A stretch of 32,000 nt of DNA from Idiomarina loihiensis L2TR (GTDB lineage Bacteria; Pseudomonadota; Gammaproteobacteria; Enterobacterales; Alteromonadaceae). Under the pieces are notes generated by a model. It ran no database searches. It worked only from the letters and a program-made list of their open reading frames with translations, and was not told the DNA's origin. Within the stretch, counting starts at the first letter, position 1; every line of letters begins with the position of its first letter. Below, piece by piece: positions 9,232-17,970 of this stretch. The position numbers were made by a program, and so were the translations under genes. Location of the stretch: assembly GCF_000008465.1 (NCBI RefSeq), contig NC_006512.1:2190001-2222000 (forward strand), in the 5' to 3' direction.

Positions 9232-10528
9232 ATTAAGACCTTCTCAATTTAGATTAGGTACGAGTCATCGACTCATTCTGGTGTGCATATTACTAACCTT
9301 ACTGGCGTTAGTCGTTCAGTTTGCTTATTGGGGCTATGCGCCGCTCATCAGCGGTGCCATTTGTGTCGCAGGGTTGTTATTCGCAGGATTGCTGCGATGG
9401 ATGCTAAGGCCTTTGATGACAGAAATACAAGCTCTCAACCTGCACGCTCAGAACCTACAGGACGGCAGCTTTAATACCAGCGCCAATCAATTAAAAATAC
9501 GCGAGCTTAGTAGCCTTGCCGAGAGCTTACAAAACATGTCGTCCCAGTTACGGGCTGAACGCGCGAGTTTGTACCAGCGAGAATTGTTACTGGATACGGT
9601 ATTACAAAATAGTCCGCTGGCTTTACTATTAACAGATGCCAGTGACACCGTCGTTATGAGCAATCCGGCGGCACGCCAGCTATTGAGCGCAGGCAACGCA
9701 ATTAATGGCAGCAAACTGACTGACGCCGCAGCACAGGTTTCAGTTCTGGCTGATGCAATAGAGAGAAAGCTACAAGGTTTACTGCGTTTACCAGACCACA
9801 GTGTGTGGCATCTATCGGTTAATCAATTTAATCTCAATCAAAACCAGCACTGGTTATATCTACTTAAACCCCTAACTCGCGAGATACAACGAGAAGAGTT
9901 GACGGCCTGGAAGAAGTTACTACGGGTAATAGGTCACGAGTTGAATAATTCGTTGGCACCTTTATCATCATTAGCCTACTCAGGTCAGCAGCGAGCCCAG
10001 CAATTACAGCAGACGGAACTGGCCGGCCTGTTTGAAACCATCAGTGCACGCGCCGCCGATATCAACCAGTTTGTGCAGGCATATATCCACTTTGCCAAAC
10101 TGCCACCACCACAAATGACTACGGTTAACTGGCCCCGATTAATCAATCAATTGCAGAACTTATACGATTTCGAACTGGTTGGCGATTTGCCGAAACGCCT
10201 CTGGCAAGCAGACCCCGGCCAGCTGCATCAGGTACTGTTGAACTTGCTAAAAAATGCCCATGAAAGCGGTTCACAACCAGAGCATATCCGCCTTCAAATC
10301 ATCGAACACAGCCAGCAACTGGAAATTACTTTACAAGATGGCGGTAGCGGTATGAGCGAACAGCAACTTGAACACGCGCTTATCCCCTTTTACAGCACTA
10401 AAGTCAGAGGCTCAGGTATTGGCTTAACACTGTGTCGCGATATTGTTGAAGCCCACGGAGGTAGCATTAACTTACGTAATCAACCGAGAGGGCTTGAGGT
10501 TAAGCTGTTGCTTAAACTCCCATCATAA
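9218..10528 (+). CDS. sensor histidine kinase (2 TM, PAS-like, HisKA, HATPase_c)
   Basis: H-box IGHELNNSLAPL, N-box LLNLLKNAHES, G-boxes LQDGGSGM and GSGIGLTLC. TTG start overlaps the regulator stop by 14 nt. Confidence 0.85.
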   Translation: MKRLKLRPSQFRLGTSHRLILVCILLTLLALVVQFAYWGYAPLISGAICVAGLLFAGLLRWMLRPLMTEIQALNLHAQNLQDGSFNTSANQLKIRELSSLAESLQNMSSQLRAERASLYQRELLLDTVLQNSPLALLLTDASDTVVMSNPAARQLLSAGNAINGSKLTDAAAQVSVLADAIERKLQGLLRLPDHSVWHLSVNQFNLNQNQHWLYLLKPLTREIQREELTAWKKLLRVIGHELNNSLAPLSSLAYSGQQRAQQLQQTELAGLFETISARAADINQFVQAYIHFAKLPPPQMTTVNWPRLINQLQNLYDFELVGDLPKRLWQADPGQLHQVLLNLLKNAHESGSQPEHIRLQIIEHSQQLEITLQDGGSGMSEQQLEHALIPFYSTKVRGSGIGLTLCRDIVEAHGGSINLRNQPRGLEVKLLLKLPS

Positions 10529-11087
10529 CGTCCCAAAACGAATATTGATATTTGTACTCCAGTGGAAGCGTATAAGAAACGGTTTTTTCTTTTCCATTAA
10601 CAATGAGCTTAAAACTGACTTTTTCCAGGAGCTTTTCAGGCATACCTTTTTCGTAGTGCATAACAACAGACTCCCGGCAACCCACCTTACCCGCGCATTT
10701 AGATACAGTGGACTCAACCTTTGACGGTATGATGCGTTCACCCGATTCAGAATAGTGCTCCAGAACCACCGACTCGGGTATAAGCTCTACGCCGGACTCA
10801 TCACTCAAGTTGAAGCTTAAAAATGACTTTCTCCGGGTCGACTCTGGCGTTCCTTGATGACTATTGTACACATCGTTCAAATGCGTAATCTCGACCAAAT
10901 CGCTAAACCGACTGTCTGCGTTTACTTTATAAAGAGTGCTGTAAAACTCGTACGGGTTGTCATCATTGTCAGCATACTTATTTTTATAGGGAACAGGTGA
11001 CCCATCCCGCTTTACGGCATAGTTGTAATGCCCGCAACCAGCGAGCAATAAAGAGGCCAGAGCTGTCAAAATTGTCAGTCGTTTCAT
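10512..11087 (-). CDS. hypothetical lipoprotein
   Basis: Lipobox MKRLTILTALASLLLAGC. No family recognised. Its 3' end overlaps the convergent kinase gene by 17 nt. Confidence 0.6.
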   Translation of the reverse strand: MKRLTILTALASLLLAGCGHYNYAVKRDGSPVPYKNKYADNDDNPYEFYSTLYKVNADSRFSDLVEITHLNDVYNSHQGTPESTRRKSFLSFNLSDESGVELIPESVVLEHYSESGERIIPSKVESTVSKCAGKVGCRESVVMHYEKGMPEKLLEKVSFKLIVNGKEKTVSYTLPLEYKYQYSFWDVMMGV

Positions 11088-11264
11088 AATAAGGTCTCGA
11101 CACCGTGTAGCCGATTTTCAAATATTTTAAAGTACGCAGTCATCTGCGCAGTAGCAACATCTTTTACAATAAAGGCTACATACTCATGCGTTTTCTTGCC
11201 CGTAAGCTCAAGAGCTGGTTAGACCTGCCGATAAAGATGGATTATTGTTGACTGGAATATCCAG

Positions 11265-12575
11265 ATGTTTAATCGCCGCCTCAAAAATGAACTCGAAGAT
11301 CAGCGTAAAGAATTAGCAATGCTCCGCCAACTGGCTAGCCAGATGGATCGTGGCATGCTGTCCATCACACTGAACTCCGACTTCTGCATATCTGCCGTAA
11401 ACCAAAGCTTTGCCGATGTTCTAGGCTACCAGCGCGAACAGCTGTTAGGGCGACCCATGTCAGAGATTGTACCAGCTTACGTCCCGAAACTAGCTTGTTT
11501 TCGAGACTTTAATCAGGCCGTTGCAAAGCTCGCACCAATAAGCGATGACTACCGCTACTTGCGCGCTGATGACTCCCTTGCCTGGCTTCGTATCAGTTGG
11601 CTTCCGATACAGAACCCGGACGGCAAACTATCCCATGTGCAGGGATATGGCCGCGATGTAACCAAAACAATTGAAGGCAAAAAAGAGAGTGAAGCATTCA
11701 TTGATGCACTGATCCTCTCCACTGCGGTTATTCAGTTCAACCTTGATGGCACCGTAATTACCGCAAACGAACAGTTTCAGCAGGCCATGGGCTATCGGCT
11801 CGAACAAATTGCAGGCAAACACCACCGTATATTCTGTACACCAGAAGAGGTTCAGTCGCCCGAATACGCCGCCTTCTGGAAAAAACTAAACAACGGTGAG
11901 TACGTAGCGGACCGCTTCAAGCGAGTCGACAGCCGAGGTCAAGAAGTCTGGCTTGAAGCAACTTATAACCCGGTGTACGACGCCGAGGACAACTTATCTA
12001 AGGTTGTGAAATTTGCCAGCGTGGTCACCGACCAAGTGGAACGGGAAGCTCAGGTAAGAGAAGGTGCAAGCGTCGCCTACGACGTTTCACAACAAACTGA
12101 TGTAAGCGCTCAAAAAGGCTCCGCTGTGGTTCAGAAGACGGTCGAAACCATGCAGCAGATAGCCAGACAAATGCAAGGGACGAGCGAAAGCATTGAAGCG
12201 CTGGGTAAACAGTCCCTGCAGATAAACGCCATAGTACAAACCATCGGTGGCATCGCAGAGCAGACAAACCTGCTGGCACTAAACGCCGCTATTGAGGCCG
12301 CCAGAGCCGGTGAACAAGGGCGCGGGTTTGCCGTGGTTGCCGACGAGGTTCGGAATCTGGCTGCCCGCACCAGTAAAGCCACAGAAGAGATTGTAAGAGT
12401 AGTCGAGAAAAACCAAACTCTCTCTGATGAGGTGATGCGTCAAATGTCCAGTACCCGAGAGGAGGCAGAACAAGGCCTGGAATTAGCCAACCAGTCGGGA
12501 GCCGTCATTGTCGAGATTCGGGAAGGAGCTAAGCAGGTGGTCAACGCTGTAGAACGCTTTGCCAATGAATTATAG
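11265..12575 (+). CDS. soluble methyl-accepting chemotaxis protein with two PAS domains
   Basis: No TM segments. Two PAS-like repeats (...[17 protein letters not shown]..., ...[17 protein letters not shown]...). Highly conserved MCP hairpin tip [44 protein letters not shown]. Confidence 0.9.
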   Translation: MFNRRLKNELEDQRKELAMLRQLASQMDRGMLSITLNSDFCISAVNQSFADVLGYQREQLLGRPMSEIVPAYVPKLACFRDFNQAVAKLAPISDDYRYLRADDSLAWLRISWLPIQNPDGKLSHVQGYGRDVTKTIEGKKESEAFIDALILSTAVIQFNLDGTVITANEQFQQAMGYRLEQIAGKHHRIFCTPEEVQSPEYAAFWKKLNNGEYVADRFKRVDSRGQEVWLEATYNPVYDAEDNLSKVVKFASVVTDQVEREAQVREGASVAYDVSQQTDVSAQKGSAVVQKTVETMQQIARQMQGTSESIEALGKQSLQINAIVQTIGGIAEQTNLLALNAAIEAARAGEQGRGFAVVADEVRNLAARTSKATEEIVRVVEKNQTLSDEVMRQMSSTREEAEQGLELANQSGAVIVEIREGAKQVVNAVERFANEL

Positions 12576-12604
12576 TAATGCCTGATTAAGTCATGACAGC
12601 GATG

Positions 12605-13558
12605 TTAAACATCGAGCACCACACGATCTCGGCCGGCGCTCTTTGCTTCATACATCGCTTTATCAGCACAGTTTATTGACTCTTTAACGGTTTGAGATTC
12701 CCTCAGAACTGTGACCCCAAAGGATGCCGTCACCTGAATATCACCAAATTCAAAATGCTGTTCTGAGATAGCCAAGCGCAGTCGCTCCATCATCTCACCG
12801 GCTTGCTCTAGGGTTGTGCTGGGCATGCAGATAATAAACTCCTCACCGCCATATCTATAAATTCTGTCGTATGGCCGAAGGTGGGACTTTACGCATTGTA
12901 CGGTTGAGGCTAGCACCGTATCACCAGCAGCATGGCCGTATGAATCGTTGATCCTCTTGAAATGATCAAAATCCAACATAGCCAGTGCATACGTTTGCTT
13001 TCCCCTAAGAACAAGAGAGTGCTGTTTTCGAAGGTCTGCAAGCAGGCCGGTTCGGGTTTGAGCTTCGGTCAGTGAGTCTCTATTTTTAAGGGTTTCAGCA
13101 AACTCATGTCGTGCCGCCCAAATTTCTCGCCGCATTCTTTCTCGACCACTTTCGAAATTGTCCCAGTCATCAACAGGAATAACTAAACCATTCGAAATCC
13201 GCTGAAATAAATGTCGCGCACCACTATGTACTTTTTTATGTGCTTCAAAAAGTGATTTAAGCTGCTGACTTTCAATAAAAAAACTTTCAGAGTGGTCTTC
13301 ATACCATTTCCCGAAAGCGCATTTTAGATGTGCATCTGGCATCAAATCTGATTGCTCGGGTGATACCCGAGAAACCAATACACGCAGCAAATTTTTGTAC
13401 CACTGATCATGGAGATAAATCGCATGGTCAAGTTCTGCAATACCCGCCTGCAATTGTTGGTTAGTTAAGGAATCCAAATTTATGTCTCTTCGAAGTTTAA
13501 CAGTGCCAGTGATGGTCAAAAACCATTGCAAGAAGACGGCCTGACTCACGCATGACAT
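12605..13558 (-). CDS. diguanylate cyclase with N-terminal chemoreceptor zinc-binding (CZB) domain, DgcZ-like
   Basis: GGDEF active site RYGGEEFI with DHFKRINDSYGH. The N-terminus shows the CZB pattern H-x2-W ... C-x-F-G-x-W ... H-x3-H (LHDQWY ... KCAFGKWY ... HKKVH). The start codon is uncertain: there is no clear Shine-Dalgarno at 13558. Confidence 0.8.
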   Translation of the reverse strand: MSCVSQAVFLQWFLTITGTVKLRRDINLDSLTNQQLQAGIAELDHAIYLHDQWYKNLLRVLVSRVSPEQSDLMPDAHLKCAFGKWYEDHSESFFIESQQLKSLFEAHKKVHSGARHLFQRISNGLVIPVDDWDNFESGRERMRREIWAARHEFAETLKNRDSLTEAQTRTGLLADLRKQHSLVLRGKQTYALAMLDFDHFKRINDSYGHAAGDTVLASTVQCVKSHLRPYDRIYRYGGEEFIICMPSTTLEQAGEMMERLRLAISEQHFEFGDIQVTASFGVTVLRESQTVKESINCADKAMYEAKSAGRDRVVLDV

Positions 13559-13587
13559 TTAATTCGTCAGTACTTTTCAGCTTTACA

Positions 13588-13794
13588 CTAGCCACCAACA
13601 GCCTTCCTTATGTCTACGTCGGCCAACTTCATTTGGTCGCGCATGATATCCGAAAAAGACATGTTGGGGTTCGCCTCAGCAAGCATACCTACTTTTATCC
13701 AATACTCGGCCTGAGCATTAATAGAGCGAACCATAACTGCACTCGCCTTGCGAATTTCCCCATGCAGTTCGTCATCAATTTTGACAATTCCCAT
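13588..13794 (-). CDS. ParD-like antitoxin family protein (orphan, no adjacent toxin)
   Basis: MGIVKIDDELHGEIRKASAVMVRSINAQAEYWIKVGMLAEANP... matches my recollection of the ParD-like antitoxin family. I prefer ATG 13794 (68 aa) because the track extension to 13854 runs across a 32-bp palindrome. Confidence 0.6.
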   Translation of the reverse strand: MGIVKIDDELHGEIRKASAVMVRSINAQAEYWIKVGMLAEANPNMSFSDIMRDQMKLADVDIRKAVGG

Positions 13795-13804
13795 AGCAGC
13801 CCCT

Positions 13805-13836
13805 GAATATATGATTTGTATACGAATCATATATTC
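13805..13836. promoter_or_regulatory. near-perfect 32-bp palindrome, putative operator of the ParD-like gene
   Basis: GAATATATGATT (13805-13816) and AATCATATATTC (13825-13836) are exact reverse complements. The spacer TGTATACG contains the GTATAC palindrome. The element lies 11-42 nt upstream of ATG 13794. Confidence 0.5.
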
Positions 13837-13982
13837 AAAATGGGAGTCTTGCAATGTTAGCGCTTATTATGCCTTCTTCTTTTTGCTGAAGTGTTCCATA
13901 CGAAAACAGTAGTAGTATTGTTACTCCAATATTTGGGTTTCATTAAATGTATAGCGCCCCGGCATACTTAGTAAACGCTTGG

Positions 13983-14294
13983 TTATACGCTGCCTTCACG
14001 TTCTACCACCAGAATTCGAGCCGAGCCTTTGGGGTGAGCAACATGCTCGGTACCAATTGAAGCAAAGAAAATGTCCCCGGCGTTTAGTGTCGCAGATTTC
14101 ACTTCGTTATTTTCTTTGTACAGCATTTCTACAGTGCCATCCATTACAGCGAAAACCTCTTCGCCGTCATTTACGTGCCACTTATAAGGTTGATCTGTCC
14201 AGTGCAACCGAGTGGTAACGCCGTTCATGTTGGCAATATCTTTTGCACCCCATGCCTTATCTGCTGTGAATTGCTTACTTCTAATGACTTCCAA
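13983..14294 (-). CDS. cupin domain protein
   Basis: 103 aa; the WHVNDGEEVFAVMDGTVEM ... GDIFFASIGTEHVAHP pattern indicates a small single-domain cupin. TTG start preceded by AGGAGG. Confidence 0.7.
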   Translation of the reverse strand: MEVIRSKQFTADKAWGAKDIANMNGVTTRLHWTDQPYKWHVNDGEEVFAVMDGTVEMLYKENNEVKSATLNAGDIFFASIGTEHVAHPKGSARILVVEREGSV

Positions 14295-14374
14295 TTTATT
14301 ATCCTCCTTACTGCTACTTTTAAAAACGCATCGGCGAAGTGGAGACGAAAATAAACGTCACCGTACAGGCTAAA

Positions 14375-14920
14375 TTATAAGGAGTGTTGCTCCCACTGCT
14401 CTCTGTTTATCTTATACAAAACGTGCTCACAAAGCGGGTGAGAAGGTTCTAAGTCTGGGTGCTTAAAATTACAGGCATAGGACATTCCAATTTTTTTCAT
14501 GACGGCTTGAGAACGTATGTTTTGCGCTGTTGTAAAAGAGACCACCTCTTCTAAACCCAAGTGAGTAAAAGCATAGTGCAGTGACGCTTTAGCAGCTTCA
14601 GTCGCATAACCCTTTCCCCAATATGGTTTCGCCAGGCGCCAGCCAACTTCAACACATGGTGAGAACGGCATATTTTCTTTGGGGGTGTGCAGCCCGACAA
14701 ATCCGATAAATTGACTCTGTTCAGGAAGCTCTACAGCCCAGAAGCCCCAACCTCGATCAGCAATGAGAGACTGAATTCGTCTCGCTCCACTAAAACTTTC
14801 TTCCGCTGTCAGAAGCTTCGGAAAAAACTCCATCACGTCCTTATCGCTACACATCTGCGAAAAGAGCAGGAGATCTTCGTCATCCCATTGCCGAAGTATC
14901 AGTCTTTCCGTTCTAATCAT
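14375..14920 (-). CDS. GNAT family N-acetyltransferase (RimJ/RimL-like)
   Basis: TERLILRQW start, WGFWAVE, VGWRLAKPYWGKGYATEAAKA acetyl-CoA binding segment. Confidence 0.8.
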   Translation of the reverse strand: MIRTERLILRQWDDEDLLLFSQMCSDKDVMEFFPKLLTAEESFSGARRIQSLIADRGWGFWAVELPEQSQFIGFVGLHTPKENMPFSPCVEVGWRLAKPYWGKGYATEAAKASLHYAFTHLGLEEVVSFTTAQNIRSQAVMKKIGMSYACNFKHPDLEPSHPLCEHVLYKINREQWEQHSL

Positions 14921-14947
14921 AATTCATGTCATTTGATGCCATGTTTG

Positions 14948-15223
14948 CTAAATGCTTATCTCTTTTACTATTGCCCACAAGGAAAAGACTATGCTGACAA
15001 TAAAGCCCAGGGCCACGAGCCCTAATAAGGTGTAGAACCCGAATCGAAAGGCGTTCAAAATGCATTCGTAAACTACGGACAGCGGTGGCTTTGCTTTTAA
15101 TAGAAGGCTTCCTGTCCGAGAATTCGCGCTAAAATAGGCTGTGTAAATTGAATACAATACACCCACCGCCATCCCAACATAAGTGACTGAGAAATATGCT
15201 TCAAGAAAATGTATCCAGCCCAC
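14948..15223 (-). CDS. small hypothetical membrane protein (about 3 TM)
   Basis: Hydrophobic 91-aa ORF with a GTG start and AGGA 6 nt upstream. No family recognised. Confidence 0.4.
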   Translation of the reverse strand: MGWIHFLEAYFSVTYVGMAVGVLYSIYTAYFSANSRTGSLLLKAKPPLSVVYECILNAFRFGFYTLLGLVALGFIVSIVFSLWAIVKEISI

Positions 15224-15303
15224 TTTTTATCCTATATACATGTAATGCTCTTTAAACAGCGGCTCAGTTTACAGCGTCCGATGCCTTCACTTGTTAGCAG
15301 ATT

Positions 15304-15642
15304 CTAATCGACTTCCGAAATGAATTCGCGAACCTCGTCAGAACGTAATGGCCTCACTAGACGAGCCACTTCATTGCCATTGTGCAAGAGTATCAGAGTC
15401 GGCCAAAGCTTTACCTTGAACGCGCGCCCCAGCGGTTTGCCTTTGCCGTCGTATATTTTAATATGACGTAGCCCTGCACGTTCAGTTATTGCTTCTTTTA
15501 TCGCGGGATTTGCCGCCTGACAATGTCCACACCAGGGCGCGCCAAACTCAAGTACAACGTTACCGGATAACTCGCCAGTTTGTTCAAAGGTAAACGCTTC
15601 TTCCGCGTAATCGGAGTTAGAGCCAATATCATCGGTTTTCAT
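15304..15642 (-). CDS. thioredoxin family protein
   Basis: WCGHC active site within a 112-aa thioredoxin-sized ORF; WPTLILL cis-Pro region. Confidence 0.8.
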   Translation of the reverse strand: MKTDDIGSNSDYAEEAFTFEQTGELSGNVVLEFGAPWCGHCQAANPAIKEAITERAGLRHIKIYDGKGKPLGRAFKVKLWPTLILLHNGNEVARLVRPLRSDEVREFISEVD

Positions 15643-15647
15643 CCCAC

Positions 15648-15778
15648 TTACTCCTCACCAAGCTCGGACATCCGCAATAGCTGACTACTGCGACGCACAG
15701 TCAGAATATCAACCTGATCTTTGATGCTGTAAATAACCCGATACGATCCAGCGCAAGCGGGGATCAGATAATCTTCAT
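15648..15778 (-). pseudogene. decayed ParE/RelE-family toxin (internal out-of-frame deletion)
   Basis: An ATG overlapping the antitoxin stop (ATGA at 15775-15778) opens MKII and stops after 4 codons. A different frame then reads DYLIPACAGSYRVIYSIKDQVDILTVRRSSQLLRMSELGEE-stop (stop at 15648-15650). That is a typical RelE/ParE C-terminal beta-strand region. About 50 central codons are missing. Confidence 0.6.
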
Positions 15779-16056
15779 TGAGCAAGCCTACTCAAAACCC
15801 GAGCCTTCGCATCTTCATGCGAAATACCGTTCCCGGAAGCAATCTGTTCTTCCGCCTTGTACACCTCTTCTAGTATTTCCAGACGTTGTTGCATCTTCTC
15901 ATATTCGTGAACATCCACCAGTACTGCAACGCCTCGACCTCTTTGTGTCAGCACTATAGGACGACGGGTTTCATGGAGCTGCTTTACGAATGTGGCTACC
16001 CCTGCACGAAATTCAGACAGAGGGCGGATATCTTCATCTACTCTAACCCTTGACAT
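15775..16056 (-). CDS. Phd/YefM family antitoxin
   Basis: MSRVRVDEDIRPLSEFRAGVATFVKQLHETRRPIVLTQRGRGVAVLVDVHEYEKM... is classic Phd/YefM. ATG 16056 is preceded by GAGGTG; the track start is GTG 16065. Confidence 0.8.
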   Translation of the reverse strand: MSRVRVDEDIRPLSEFRAGVATFVKQLHETRRPIVLTQRGRGVAVLVDVHEYEKMQQRLEILEEVYKAEEQIASGNGISHEDAKARVLSRLAQ

Positions 16057-16147
16057 GGAAATCACCTCAGTACTTTTTAATGTACATCAAAGAGTACAAT
16101 AGGGCTTGGAAGCAAGCAAGGTATCTGTAGGAAAAACCAGCGCTCTG

Positions 16148-16675
16148 CTAAAGAGATGCCTGAGCGAAATTAAGCAACTTCGTAAGCTCCTTTTCGGACC
16201 AGTTCTCCAGTTCAAGAACGGCAGCGTAGGGGTCTCCAGAAATTCCCATAACCCGACAAATAGCAGGTTCTGTTTTGAGACCGCTTTCTTTAAGCTGCCG
16301 TATTCTGTCGATAAACTCATTGTCCCCGATTTTTACAAGGCGTTTCATCACCTGATAATGGCGATATGCAGTCTGCAACTCCACTGGCGTTTCTGACGCA
16401 TAGACTTCAATTAAAAATTGGTTACAGTGAAAACGACCTAAAGCGTGATCTTTGCGTGGGCGCATGCTGTATGCTTCATAGCCGGAATATGCCGACTCAA
16501 ATGCCTCGATAAACGCTTCCTGCTCCTGGTACGTACAAACGATATCGATGTCGCTTTCCTTCGTATCCAGAGAAACAAATATCGTACTAACAACTTCCGG
16601 CGAATATGCGTCGAGTTTGATCAGAACTCCCGATTCTTCTATCGCTTTGTTGGCGCGAGCTATTTTGCTATTCAT
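16148..16675 (-). CDS. nucleotidyltransferase-fold-like protein (resembles DUF4269)
   Basis: 175 aa; the SLDTKESDIDIVC segment resembles an NTase acidic motif. The overall pattern recalls DUF4269 proteins, but this is from memory only. Confidence 0.4.
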   Translation of the reverse strand: MNSKIARANKAIEESGVLIKLDAYSPEVVSTIFVSLDTKESDIDIVCTYQEQEAFIEAFESAYSGYEAYSMRPRKDHALGRFHCNQFLIEVYASETPVELQTAYRHYQVMKRLVKIGDNEFIDRIRQLKESGLKTEPAICRVMGISGDPYAAVLELENWSEKELTKLLNFAQASL

Positions 16676-17061
16676 TCCAGTCTATTGTTATATTTTTTTG
16701 ATTTAAATACATAGAACCTAAATATTAGAGCCTGAAGCGTAGCTGCCACACCGAAAACGATACCCGTCTCTAAGCCACCAAATGTTGCTATAGCGAATAC
16801 TATCAATGCGCCGGGCAACAAATAGTATAGGTATTTTGGCTTTGACCACTTACATATTGCCCAATGAAACGGGAGACCAATAGTAAGCCAACCCACAACA
16901 GATAAAGCAAGGTAAACTGAAGCAACCCACCCAAATAATGCCAGGAAATCTTGTATTGGATACATAAAAACTGGAATACCAATTTCATAAAAAGAGTAGC
17001 CCACTCCGAGAAGTAGAACCCACCCAATACTGCGGAATATTGCCCCATCCCAATTACCCAT
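16672..17061 (-). CDS. hypothetical membrane protein (4 TM)
   Basis: Hydrophobic ORF with a 4-nt overlap with the downstream gene. I prefer ATG 17061 (MGNWDGA), which has AGGAG 10 nt upstream. The track GTG 17094 lies inside an attC-like box. Confidence 0.45.
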   Translation of the reverse strand: MGNWDGAIFRSIGWVLLLGVGYSFYEIGIPVFMYPIQDFLALFGWVASVYLALSVVGWLTIGLPFHWAICKWSKPKYLYYLLPGALIVFAIATFGGLETGIVFGVAATLQALIFRFYVFKSKKYNNRLE

Positions 17062-17113
17062 TAACGCTGACTCCTGGTGAAATATAACGCCCACAGCATG
17101 GTTATGTGAGACT

Positions 17114-17671
17114 TCACAGTAACCCTTTATTTTTCTTAAACCGCCTAACCTTACTACGCATGTTTTTCATTGGTGATGATGTATTGAACTGAATCATGCG
17201 GCCCAACGTCCATTTATCGTACCAAGTAGTTTCGTAGAGATCATAGTTACTTAAGCTTGAAATCAGTGAAAGCAGTTCATTAACTGTCGATTCAAGCTCC
17301 TTTAGCAGGGCTTCATATTTCCAATCAGCATATTGTTCATGGAAATGCTCTGCAAGCAAACCCAACTGATTCCATTTAAAACCTGATTCTGGAAATTCAA
17401 CTGGCAGCCCTTGAGCCTTCAACCTATGCCATTTCAATACCAACTTACCCCAACCAATAAGGTAAGCAACCGTGTCACAGACGCTTACTTGCGTGCCTTT
17501 TATGTTTCCCTCAACATTACGTTCTCGTGTCAATTCGACAGGTATTGTCCGATAATCTGCCATAAGCTTGTCAAATATTGAGTTGATAGCAAGTTCCAAC
17601 TCTTCTTTTGATTGTGGAATGGATGAGACCGGCTTGTTATGTATTTTTCTCACAACCAGAACCTTGCACAA
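17114..17671 (-). CDS. ClbS/DfsB family four-helix-bundle protein (DUF1706)
   Basis: SKEELELAINSIFDKLMADY ... VCDTVAYLIGWGKLVLKW ... FKWNQLGLLAEHF ... WTLGRMIQFNTSSPMKN follows the ClbS/DfsB pattern. The start is uncertain: ATG 17671 or GTG 17653, both overlapping the upstream ORF. Confidence 0.65.
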   Translation of the reverse strand: MCKVLVVRKIHNKPVSSIPQSKEELELAINSIFDKLMADYRTIPVELTRERNVEGNIKGTQVSVCDTVAYLIGWGKLVLKWHRLKAQGLPVEFPESGFKWNQLGLLAEHFHEQYADWKYEALLKELESTVNELLSLISSLSNYDLYETTWYDKWTLGRMIQFNTSSPMKNMRSKVRRFKKNKGLL

Positions 17672-17951
17672 AAAATTTGAACGCGAAAAATAGCGGCAGC
17701 AAAATAGCTGACCAAATAGTTGATAAAAACAAGATAGCCATGAGGATGGATATACCGCCTCCCTCCAGCTCGAAATTAATGGCGTATGCTGTTATCACAG
17801 ATAAAACCACGCATAAAAAAGTCATTTTAATAGGTGGAAAGTAATACTTCTCAGGAAGCCATTTAGCTGATAGTGACCAAACCAGCAAACATGGCCCAGC
17901 CGAAAGACATGCCAGTAAAGCTACTGCGCCTATGAATATGATTATTTCCAA
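17637..17951 (-). CDS. small hypothetical membrane protein (3 TM)
   Basis: Hydrophobic 104-aa ORF with a TTG start and GGGAG upstream. It begins right after the attC-like element. Confidence 0.4.
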   Translation of the reverse strand: MEIIIFIGAVALLACLSAGPCLLVWSLSAKWLPEKYYFPPIKMTFLCVVLSVITAYAINFELEGGGISILMAILFLSTIWSAILLPLFFAFKFFVQGSGCEKNT

Positions 17952-17970
17952 CTACAGAATTCTCCCGGAT

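Noticed and set aside
3660-9714. Short antisense or alternative-frame ORFs inside the efflux/regulator operon: 3660-3845, 5717-5944, 6111-6380, 6133-6384, 6957-7274, 7600-7893, 8238-8525, 8583-8777, 8961-9149, 9283-9474 and 9487-9714.
   Set aside because: All are embedded in longer ORFs that carry strong family motifs. Their Ala/Ser/Cys/Arg-rich composition is typical of off-frame GC-rich reading.
13795-13854. 20-codon N-terminal extension of the ParD-like ORF.
   Set aside because: It runs through the 32-bp palindrome and adds an atypical leader. The family normally starts MGIVKI.
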